A stretch of DNA of 64,000 bases from Balanoglossus misakiensis (lineage: Eukaryota > Animalia > Hemichordata), in contig CM082594.2 in NCBI GenBank assembly GCA_040954595.2, positions 5,317,319 through 5,381,318 on the forward strand. Reading direction: 5' to 3'. Below, piece after piece: positions 41,127-53,000 of this stretch. A model generated the notes under the pieces. It had not been told where the DNA came from. It saw nothing but the letters and a program-made list of their open reading frames with translations, and searched no databases. Position 1 is the first letter of the stretch. Every line of letters begins with the position of its first letter. The position numbers and the translations under genes are program-made.

Positions 41127-44100
41127 CACAGTTATATTCACGGCCAGTCAGACAAACAGGTGAACATAACAGACATGAAAATATCATGCCGAAATTTATG
41201 AAATGTAACTCAATACGGTAGATTGTTTCTATAATTAGATTCCTGAAAACCAGCTAAGACAAAAAAAAACATTTGAAAACTCGTTTATTGAAGACTTATA
41301 ACAGGTGATATTATAACAGGGTTCATAGACGTAACTCAACACGCCGTGCGGATCTTCGCGCTCAGAGTCACTTTGTCAGTGAATTAAAAGGTCGTTAATT
41401 TTTAACGAAGTTTGCATTTCTGGGCGAGAGAACTTCCGTAATCGGAGAGGAGAAACTACAGAGGTATGCATAAGGTGTCGACACACTCACGCACGCGACA
41501 TCAAGTCATGTCGTGTCGTTTGCACGAAAATAGGAAGCCCTCCCGGCGAAATACACGCTGAAGTATGATGATTTCATATAAAGGTCATGTGGATAAAAAG
41601 ACCGATGCGTTGCTATGACTTGGAAACCGATATACATTAGGTAAATTCACTGATCTTAAGATAAAAGAAATCCATCTGAGGTACGTTAGCATCGTGTTGA
41701 TCATTTTTTTTTGTATGAACACACATTTTGTCTGACCTAATGTACTCAGGGTTTTTTAGTATGGGATGTGTAGAAGCATTAACCTTTTGAAAAATGTATT
41801 TGAAAATTGAACATATAGTACGGTGAATCGGTAAATTTGACTTTTTAGGTAGACAATTTCACATTTCCCCGTTTCTTTGTAGAGTTTACACTTAGAATTT
41901 CCGATAAAGACAACTGATCGGATTAGTTTGCTTAGCAAGTTATTTCTAAAAAAAGGGGGAGTCTGGTTTGAGAAGTTTGGGAGAAGTGTGTGGATGTGGG
42001 TGTACAAAGAGACAGAGTGACAGGGAGTGAAAGACAGACAGACGTAGACGGACAGACAGACAGATAGACGGAGAGACGGACAGACAGATATATAGAATGG
42101 AACATAGCTGAAGAGAAGTCGAACATCATGCCCTTAAATGATTTCAATAATATCCCTATATTTTTTTATCTCCAGGCATTTACATTAACGGCTCCTGATA
42201 TTGCCTTAAACACTGTTTATCTGGACTACGTAATAGTAGTTTTATATACCTAGACATAATTTTCAACCAAAACGACTTGAAAATCTTACCACACGCAGTA
42301 CGGATCCTAATATCGTCCCTACCCTTAAACAGAGGTTATATAGACTGTTTTAAAAGACTCGGTTTATCGTGATAATTTTGAAGGAAAGGGAGAAAATCTT
42401 TTAAAAAACATTTTCTTCCTGCATATTAGATGAGGATATCTCATCAGCACGTACATATGTATACATGCATATTTTAAACCAACCATAAATACACAAATGT
42501 CAGCTGCCCTAAATTATCGCTCGCGAGCAATTTCGCGCCGATCTAAATTGAGCATGCATTTGGAGCATGTTGAATAGGCGCTAATAACAACATTTGTAGA
42601 CGGGGAATGCATTTTTAAACAATCTGACGAGTCTGACCGATGGCAATGTGATTTTGGAAAGGTTCCGTTTATCTCGGGGCAAAATATTGAGTGATAATTG
42701 CTTTGGATCGATGAAAATGTCTCAGTTCTGGCGGAGGAGCCCGTTTTTCGGCAAAAAAATAATAAATCACACGATCGGCTGAAGTACAGAAATATCATTA
42801 GAGGACACAAGTCAAGGCGTGTGACGTGTGACAACGTTTTCCCTGCTGCAACAAATATACATAAGTGACGTCATCAGTCAAATCATCATACGCTTGTTCG
42901 GGACTTCACTGTTACATTGTGTAAACTGCCGCGAAAATTAGAAGTACCTCTCCACATTAAAAAAAATGTAAAAATGGAGCGTAACTGTGTTTCGCGCAAA
43001 TGGAAAGCAGAAAGGTGAACTTTCTCTGTCGGACTTCTCAAAACCTCTGTGTCGACGGTGATCGCCCCGTCGCCGGCACAGGCACTGGAGTAAAGATTCA
43101 ACGAATCGATAAACATCAATTAAGAAAGTTCACTCTCCGTGACAATTATAGAGAGAGTGAATAAGGTCGACCCGGCGAATGCCGGCAACGTCAGCGATAT
43201 ACAAACCAGAGCGATTACCCGGTTTCTCCTTACTGAAAATGAACCATTAGTTTCCATGGATACCAGGTTCGAGATGGCTGACATTGTAATCGAGTTAAGG
43301 TTCGGAGCAGAAATAGCAGTTAACACACAGGGATAATGGAATCGATTCATTATTCATGACGTTTTAATGGCGTTTTGAATATATAAATAGGGGGGAAATT
43401 ACCAGCCGGCTTTGATTTGAATGAGATAAATAACACTTCTGCGACTCAGAAACTTTCGTCCCATCTGCTTATTTGGACGCAGCGGCCATTCAACAAGTTC
43501 GTTAAATTGTTAAAAAAAAATTGCGTATTTGAGATTCCGCACATGAAGTTTATTTCGTTTTGTGCACGATGTTTTGAGAGATGAGATGCTCCTTGGGTGA
43601 TTTGTGCGATCGCTATACTTAAAAAAATTATAGCATGCTTTCTTTTTGAATCATGGATTAAGACTAGACCACAACAATGTCTATCAGGCTAAAACAGAAA
43701 CCCTATTTAAAATAACATATAGGAAAACGCTTCGGACTTCTTGGGTATCAAACATTTGGCACGTGTCTTGACTTTTCTACTAGCTTACAACGCTATCACA
43801 ATATTATGTTCTGAATTGAAAACTAAAGACTTGGGTTAAGACGTTGATGGGTACGTTTGTTAATACACTTTGTTTCACGACCAAACTCCACCTATACCGA
43901 GGTTGCTCAAAACTATTGTCTTTTGTTTCTTAGACACTTAATGGAGTGGATTTATTTTTGAGATTTATTTTAAAAGACAAAGGGGTTTGGTGTAATTTTC
44001 CGTTTGAGCGAACAGTCCAGCTGGATCACTAACAGACTTTCGTGTCAACTCCAAATCACGACGACGAAGAAGAACTATTTTAAAAAGTTAGTTACTTTCA

Positions 44101-46499
44101 CTTTCTGAAACATGAAACTTACCCCTAAAATTATTGGTTAATGTGATTGTGAGAAATGAAGATTTCTCTGTTCAGAAAATAGGGTGATATTTTGTCAGTT
44201 ATGAGTTCAATATCAGTAGTCAGATAGTAGTCGTTTCGGTATCAGAAACTGCTGCCAGAATGAGGTGAAACATAGGGTTTTCACATTTCGAGAAAAGTCC
44301 AGCCAGCTATTCACTGTTGATAGTATATTCATAAAGTACAAGGTTGCGACGGAAATATAGAAAATGCAATGTCAAACCCAACTGGCATCTCAGTCAGTAT
44401 ACCAGCTCGACTTTGCGAAATTCCCAGCGGAAAAAAAATCGCCACTACGAAATGATGCCTCAATTGGCACCTAATTATCGGATAAAGGAAGTCTTTATAT
44501 CGTTATTCTCGTTAATTGGCGAGAGAATAAAACATAGACCCCCTACAGAGCGTGAAATGAACGAACACAACACCAACAGTGGAAGTCATCTTCGCTGTGA
44601 TTGGCAGGATTCGAGTTGAATGTCGTGTTTGTAAATGTGACCAGACGATGGCAGTGTCGGCTAAACTACACACGATTTTGAAAGCGCGAGATAACATCTA
44701 GCTGTAACGTGGTCTCTTTTGTTTGTTTTTCAATGTCAGACCAGTAGATTAGTAACCCCGGCACATCACAATAGTACCTCGCAAATGTTTCCATGTAAAT
44801 ATAATTTAAAGAGTTCGCCGACACCATTGAAGTGCCACTGAAGCGTGTAAGTGTAAATTTCAATTAAACGAAATTACAGAGAACAATTAAAATGAAATTA
44901 ATAATTAACAGTTCTTTCATCAGCCCTCACGACGCAAATTTTTGCCTTTGGTTGTCACCTTTGTTTTAAAATTAAAATTAGAAGCACTTAATTTCTAGTG
45001 CGGGCCTACATGCATCTGGACAGTAATTCTGAGAAATCCGGACGACTGATAAAGATAAAGGGACTATGCACATCAAGATCTTTGTTTCTTAGGCGAAAGG
45101 CAACAACTGACTGTTTAGTCCCCCGCCAATACCAGGATACCAGGCTTGAATTGGATGCCTATCGCCTAAAAGTATCACCAACAGTCACAATTTTGCCCAT
45201 GCATTAGATTTCTGTGTCACAAACCCAGATCTTCAAGTCAGCCTACAACTGAACGTGTTAAAGCCAATTCAACAAAACTTCGATAAAAGTGTCTTTAAAA
45301 TTCTACATGCCAGTTGACATCGATTGAGCCGAGTTTCTGTAGACAGTACATTCTGACACTTCGAATTATTGTCAAGTGGCTACTAACGTATGACAGGTTT
45401 TCACTTGCTGTCTCCAAGGACCATGGGGGAGGGGGGTCAGTAAAACACGACCGAAAAGTCCTGTTCTAAACATTTTCACGTTTATCCCGGCGATGCACCC
45501 GATGGGTGCGCCCTCTACAAACTGATGACCCTACTGACACATAGTACGCACAATGTAGAGTAATGACCCAATTGCAACATGTATAACATGTTATCGACTA
45601 GCTAATTTTTGCTGATAATTTCTTTTTGCTTTGTTTCTGTTTGTTTGTAAATGGACAGTAACATTGCAAATGGACAGCAAAATTAGTAACATCATGGGTC
45701 TTTCACAAGAAAGATTACGTCAAAAATTACGTAGGTGGCGCTCTAACCATATCATAGTACATGATGTTGGAGAGTAGCCGCGCAGTACACCTGGACGACG
45801 CCATCTGGCGTGGAAGTTCTCGTTTAATAATAAACTCTGTAACATGTTTAACTTTCATTCCGTCTAATAAATTACTGTCGAGGCTTAAGTTCCTTGACGT
45901 CTCCTCCGATTAAAATTGGTCGGTCATGGAAAATACACGCATCCTCTCTGTCTGTGTCTGTCTTTTGTAATGAGCTTGCATGTAAAATTACCACTCAGAA
46001 AACAGCGATGTTTAGCATCTTGCTTAGTCAACTGTCAATGGCATGTGCCTTGTTGCTGACGGTCATCAGTAAAATAAAGAACCCCAAAACCAACAGGCAA
46101 AACGTTGAGGTACTGAACTTCCTGCAGCTGCCGCTCTACATGCTAAAAACATTTAGGCACACATAGCCTGAGAGAAGATCGTGGACCAGGTTATAGTGAA
46201 CCAGGTTATAGTGAACCTTGTTGTTGCAAAGTTAGTGGACTGGTGATAATTGGTAGGCAACTGCTGATGGATTTGGTCCGCCTAAAAACAACATCTACGC
46301 ATGCAGGGCTGTGATTTGAGGGGGATTACGGAGGTGAAGCCAGTTTGAAGATGACCTCTTCCGTAAATTTATGTTTTATTATTTATTTATTGCAAATGTT
46401 CATTTCTGTGATTGGTTTTGAAACAAACATTATACAGCGAGGGCCGTGAACATCAAAAAATGAACAGGCAAGGCATACGCCTAGTAAAGGTAGACTTTT

Positions 46500-46574
46500 C
46501 GGGGGACACAGAGTGAGTTCGGATGACCGAACAATTCGGATAATCGACGTGCGGATAATCGACGTTCTACTGTA
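46500..46574 (-). mobile_element. Solo terminal repeat of a Tc1/mariner-pogo (Tigger-like) element
   Basis: Minus strand reads TA|CAGTAGAACGTCGATTATCCGCACGTCGATTATCCGAA: a TA target, a CAGT terminus and a duplicated CGATTATCCG motif typical of pogo-like TIRs. The partner end was not found. Confidence 0.6.
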
Positions 46575-46914
46575 CACAGGATAATACCCCAGTTTTTGAC
46601 TGCGAAATGTGTTGTTGTTTTTCAATCGCACCATGAAGTATAACACGAATAAAAAGCCCATTGTATTCCGTATACAATGCATATACTGTTATCGGCAATA
46701 ACTCAGAGGTCGTCAGTGTGAAGGTCACAGAGCAATATATATGGGATAGGGGCAGGGGAGCAGACTATAACGATTGCACCAGTCACTGTGGTCGGTTATC
46801 ACCTACAGACGGTGGCAGCTAGGGAGCAGTGAGTGTAAATCTCGGAGCGAAACGTCCTCAAGAATACAGTCAGCTGGAGCTGGTTACTTTTATCGGCAAC
46901 AACGACTCGTCAGT

Positions 46915-47010
46915 ATGATATATCTGCGTATTCTCTTGAGTCTTTTGGTTTTCGTCCACGCGCATGGCGAAGATAGTGCGAATACTACGACTGCGCCGGA
47001 TCATTGGAAG
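46915..47010 (+). CDS. Exon 1: signal peptide + linker
   Basis: MIYLRILLSLLVFVHAHG-EDSANTTTAPDHWK; donor AAG|GTATGA (phase 0). Confidence 0.85.
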
Positions 47011-50000
47011 GTATGAAGTTCAGGCTCAACCTATTTATTCCTACGAAGCAAAAATGTTGATTGTGAACCAGTTCCAAGGGCACAATGTATCGGTGGCATG
47101 TTCCTATGCGGGAACTCTAAGAACAAATTCCAATCGACAATTTGGGAGAAATAACCACATTTGTCCATTGTCCTACTAAGAGTACAAAACGCGGTTGCCT
47201 CTCGGCTTTTTTGGAGGTGGACGACAAAACAAAAACTTTTGACTGTTGAATGAAACTGTCTTGAATTGGCAGTTCGACAAATTACATACGGTTCATTTTT
47301 CATTTCAGTACGCGGAGGATTGCATAACGGGTAAGTTATACGTTTATATCCTTCAATGTATTCACTAACGCTTTTGCCAAGAAATTCTAACAGCACCGCA
47401 AATGTTTTTTTCTTCTGACTTCAGTAATATCGACAGGAAATACTGTAGTGTTTCCCACGAATTTTAAAAGCTTGATTTTTATTAGCCGTTTTTATTAAGT
47501 CAATCTCATAACTCGTATGGCAATAGAAAGTTAATTTCTTAGTTCTCAAATATTCAGGAAATATATGCATTACATGGTTTCCCTGTTCAGCGTACGACTG
47601 AACATTTCTAGTTTGAAAAGGGCCGTTTCCCATTATCTCCACATAATGTAAGAAAGAGTTATCTTTCCAGGTCGCATCTGTAATGAAGATTGCCAAGGAC
47701 TTTCGGATAATGGCTACTGTAATGATAGGGGAGACGGGTCCTATTACAACGCAAATCGAGACTGCAAATTTGGCACGGACTGTAAGGACTGTGGAGTAAG
47801 GGGTTGGTACACTAAACATCCGATACATGCCTCTGAGTTCTAACTCTGAAAAGGAAATTCATGTACTGATTCTGCACTTTGTCGTCGCACGCCCAAGCAA
47901 AATATCATTAGCATGTCATTTGCATAGGGATAAAATATGCTAATTTCAGACCCATGTTACAGTGTGTGAACATAGACCGATACGGGAAAATGTGATAGAC
48001 ATTAACATTCTTTCACTTTCTAAATTGGTATTTCTTGGTATAGCCAAGGGGGAAGTCGTACAAACGTGTTGATTGTTATTTCTCTCTCCAGTGTGTTCCA
48101 ACACATGTTTCGAGAGCAACGACGGAGCGTGTGATGACGGTGGTGATGGCTGGGAAACTAGAACCTGTACTTGGGGCACGGACTGCCATGACTGTTATGC
48201 GCATAGTAGGACTATAATTATATCAAGGATCGTCATATCAATGGCAATTCTGTGACCATTATATGAAGGCCCATTATACCAATGACCCCTATTAAATGAT
48301 CCTGGCATCAAAGACACTAAATCAATGGAGCTTTCCCAACTACGTGACCATTATGCCAACGTCCAATATACCAGTAACCATATTATCAACCACTGTATCA
48401 ATATATGAATGTCCATTATATATTAAGAGAAAAATGACAGTCTTTTTTCAAAACCATTTCGTAAACGATCAATACATTTCACCCAGCAGGTACTCATTTT
48501 CACATTTCCACTTTTCAGGGCCTTGGCGACCAGATGGTCGGTGTGGACCAAAAAAACATCATACGTTGCCAAATTTCAATCCAGGAGAATGTGATCCAAA
48601 CAGTTTATCACCGTGCTGTTCAGCAGATGGATGGTGTGGCAACACAACTTTGCACTGTGATTGCCCCACCTGTATCAATTATAGCAGTATGTATGGCAAT
48701 ATTAACAGTAATTTAGTATTCAGAGACTTGATTTGCCAACAAGTGGCCGCAAGCGTGGTGGCCATATTGCATTTTCGTTTATATATAATGATAGATAATG
48801 ATAGACCCATTGGGCTGAAATGGTTTATAGAATTTGTTATGTAAAATTTTATCTCACTTAGGCCTACTCACCCACTCTCACTCACTCACTCACTCACTCA
48901 CTCACTCACTCACTCACTCACTCACTCACTCACTCACTCACTCACTCACTCACTCACTCACTCACTCACTCACTCACTCACTCACTCACTCACTCACTTG
49001 CTCGCTGGCTCATTCATTTATTCTTTCATTCACCCACACTGTCGTCTTAACCTTTTTTTTTTGCATTTCATTTCAAAGTTCAAAAATGGCGCGATGATGG
49101 AAGGTGTGGTCCAGATTATCCGCTGCCCAACGGTGACCCCGCCGAATGCAACCCATACAGTCCCATCGCTCATTGCTGCTCTGAATTCGGCTGGTGTGGC
49201 AGAACTGTAGCTCATTGTTACTGCCCCAGCTGTAAAGACTACTGTGGTAATGTAAAATCTTCAAATTTATTGGCTTCGTAACAAGTTAGGCAAAAATGGC
49301 AACCGGTCCACGCCGTTTTTAGTCTTCACAGATGTGTGTGATTAATTTATGTGCGCACAAACACAAATGACCTCATTCCTTCAGTCCACGTTTTGCACAA
49401 ATTGTGATACTATGATTATTTTCGTCTTTTTTGGGCACACATTTCCACTGACACTTTTCTGCGTTCTTACCCCCAACAGCTCGTCACTTGTTCGATTTCG
49501 TAAATACTACGAGATCACCGGATCATTGGCAGGTGGGAAGATCAATCTCAAACTATTTATTCCTACGAAGCAAAAGTGTTGATTGTGAACCAGTTCCAAG
49601 GGCACAATGTATCGGTGGCATGTTCCTATTCGGCAACTCTGTGAACAAATTCCAATCGACAATTTGGGAGAAATGACCACATTTGTCCATTGTCCTACTA
49701 AGAGTACAAAACGCGGTTGCCTCTCAGCTTTTTTGGAGGTGGACGACAAAACAAAAACTTTTGACTGTTGAATGAAACTGTCTTGAATTGGCAGTTCGAC
49801 AAATTACATACTTTTATCAGCTTCATTTTTCATTTCAGAATGCGGAGCCTTGCGTAACAGCTTTAACAGGTGAGTTACACGTTTATATCCTTCAATGTAT
49901 TCACTAACGCCTTTGCCAAGAAATTCTAACACCACCTCAAATGTTTTTTTTTTCTTCTTCAGTAATATCGACTGGAAATACTGTAGTGTTTCCCACGAAT

Positions 50001-53000
50001 TTTAAAAGCTTGATTTTTATTAGCCGTTTTTTATTAATTCCATCTCATAACTCGTATGGCAATAGAAAGTTAATTTCTTAGTTCTCAAATATTCAGGAAA
50101 TATATGCATTACAGGGTTTCCCTGTTCAGCGTACGACTGAACATTTCTAGTTTGAAAAGGGCCGTTTCCCATTATCTCCACATAATGTAAGAGAGAGTTA
50201 TCTTTCCAGGTCGCATCTGTAATGACAATTGCACAGCCTATTCGGGTAATGGCGTCTGTGAGGATGGGGGAGAGCCACCGGAAGAAGGCGGAAGAATAAT
50301 CCGAGACTGCTTAATTGGCACGGACTGTAGAGACTGTGGACCAAGGGGTAATTGGTACACTTATTCTGCACTTTGGCCTCGCATGCCCAAGTCAAATGTC
50401 ATTTGCATATGCTAATTTCAGACCCATGTTTCAAAGTGTGAACATAGACCGATATGGGAAAATGTGATAGACATTAACATTCTTTCACTTTCTAAATTGG
50501 TATTTCTTGGTATAGCCAAGGGGGGGGGGGAGTCTTACAACATGTTGATTGTTATTTCTCTCTCCAGTTTGTTCCAATACATGTTCCTCGAGCCACGACG
50601 GAACGTGTGATGACGGTAGTGATATCTTGCACACTAAAAGATGTGATTGGGGCACGGACTGCGCTGACTGTAGAGGGCATGGTAGGACCATAATTATATC
50701 AATGATCGTCATATCAATGGCAATTCTGTGACCATTATATGAAGACCCATTATACCAATGACCCCTATTAAATGATCCTGGCATCAAAGACACTAAATCA
50801 ATGGAGCATTCCCAACTACGTGACCATTATGCCAACGTCCAATATACCAGTAACCATATTATCAACTACTGTATCAATATATGAATGTCCATTACATTTT
50901 AAGAGAAAAATGTCATTTTTTTTTCAAAACCATTTCGTAAACGATCAATACATATCACCCAGCAGGTACTCATTTTCACATTTCCACTTTTCAGTGCCTT
51001 GGCGACAAGATGGTCGGTGTGGACCAGATTATAAGTTGCGAAATTACAATCCAGGAGAATGTGATCCAAACAGTTTATCACCGTGCTGTTCAGCAGATGG
51101 ATGGTGTGGCAACACAACTTTGCACTGTGATTGCCCCAGCTGTATCAATTATAGCAGTATGTATGGCAATATTAACAGTAATTTTGTATTCATAGGCTTG
51201 ATTTGCCAACAAGTGGCCGCACGCATGGTGGCCATATTGCATTTTCGTTTACATATAATGATAGACTCATTGGGCTGAAATGTTTTATAGAATGTGTTAT
51301 GTAAAATTTTATCTCACTTAGGCCTACTCACCCACTCTCACTCACTCACTCACTCACTCACTCACTCACTCACTCAGTCACTCACTTGCTCGCTGGCTCA
51401 TTCATTCATTCATTCATTCATTCATTCATTCATTCATTCATTCATTCATTCATTCATTCATTCATTCATTCATTCATTCTTTCATTCACCCACACTGTCG
51501 TCTTAATCTTCTTCTTCTTTTTTTGCATTTCATTTCAAAGTTAAAAAATGGCGCGATGATGGGAGGTGTGGTGCCGATTATCCGTTGCCCAACGGTGACC
51601 CCGCCGAATGCAACCCATACAGTGACACCGCTTATTGCTGCTCTGCATTCGGCTGGTGTGGCAGATCTGTAGCTCATTGTTCCTGCCCCACCTGTAAAGA
51701 CTACTGTGGTAATGTAAAATGTTCAAATTTTTTGGCTTCGTAACAAGTTAGGCAAAAATGGCAGCCAGTCCACGCAGTTTTTAGTCTTCACAGATGTGTG
51801 TGATTGATTTCTGTGCGCACAAACACATATGACGCCATTCCTTCAGTCCACGTTTTGCACAAATTGTGATACTATGATTATTTTCGTCTTTTGGGGCACA
51901 CATTTCCACTGACACTTTTCTGCGTTCTTTCCCCCAACAGCTCGTCTCGATGGCGTAAATAGTACGAGATCGCCGGATGATTGGAAGGTATGAAGTTCAG
52001 GCTCAACCTATTTATTCCTACGAAGCAAAAATGTTGATTGTGAACCAGTTCCAAGGGCACAATGTATCGGTGGCATGTTCCTATGCGGGAACTCTAAGAA
52101 CAAATTCCAATCGACAATTTGGGAGAAATAACCACATTTGTCCATTGTCCTACTAAGAGTACAAAACGCGGTTGCCTCTCGGCTTTTATGGAGGTGGACG
52201 ACAAAACAAAAACTTTTGACTGTTGAATGAAACTGTTTGAATTGGCAGTTCGACAAATTACATACGGTTCATTTTTCATTTCAGTACGCGGAGCCTTGCG
52301 TAACAGGTGAGTTATACGTTTATATCCTTCAATGTATTCACTAACGCCTTTGCCAAGAAATTCTAACAGCACCGCAAATGTTTTTTTTCTTCTTCAGTAA
52401 TACCGACTGGAAATACTGTAGTGTTTCCCACGAATTTTAAAAGCTTGATTTTTATTAGCCGTTTTTTATTAATTCCATCTCATAACTCGTATGGCAATAG
52501 AAAGTTAATTTCTTAGTTCTCAAATATTCAGGAAATATATGCATTACAGGGTTTCCCTGTTCAGCGTACGACTGAACATTTCTAGTTTGAAAAGGGCCGT
52601 TTCCCATTATCTCCACATAATGTAAGAGAGAGAGTTATCTTTCCAGGTCGCATCTGTAATGACAATTGCACAGCCTATTCGGGTAATGGCGTCTGTGAGG
52701 ATGGGGGAGAGCCACCGGAAGAAGGCGGAAGAATAATCCGAGACTGCTTAATTGGCACGGACTGTAAAGACTGTGGACCAAGGGGTAATTGGTACACTTA
52801 TTCTGCACTTTGGCCTCGCATGCCCAAGTCAAATGTCATTTGCATATGCTTATTTCAGACCCATGTTTCTAAGTGTGAACATAGACCGATACGGGAAAAT
52901 GTGATAGACATTAACATTCTTTCACTTTCTAAATTGGTATTTCTTGGTATAGCCAAGGGGGGGGGGGAGTCGTACAACATGTTGATTGTTATTTCTCTCT

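Noticed and set aside
48296-48518. Long N-terminal extensions of ORFs 48296, 50772 and 53209
   Set aside because: Open by chance through a degenerate ~15-bp repeat in the B-C intron; a clear polypyrimidine-AG acceptor precedes the Cys module.
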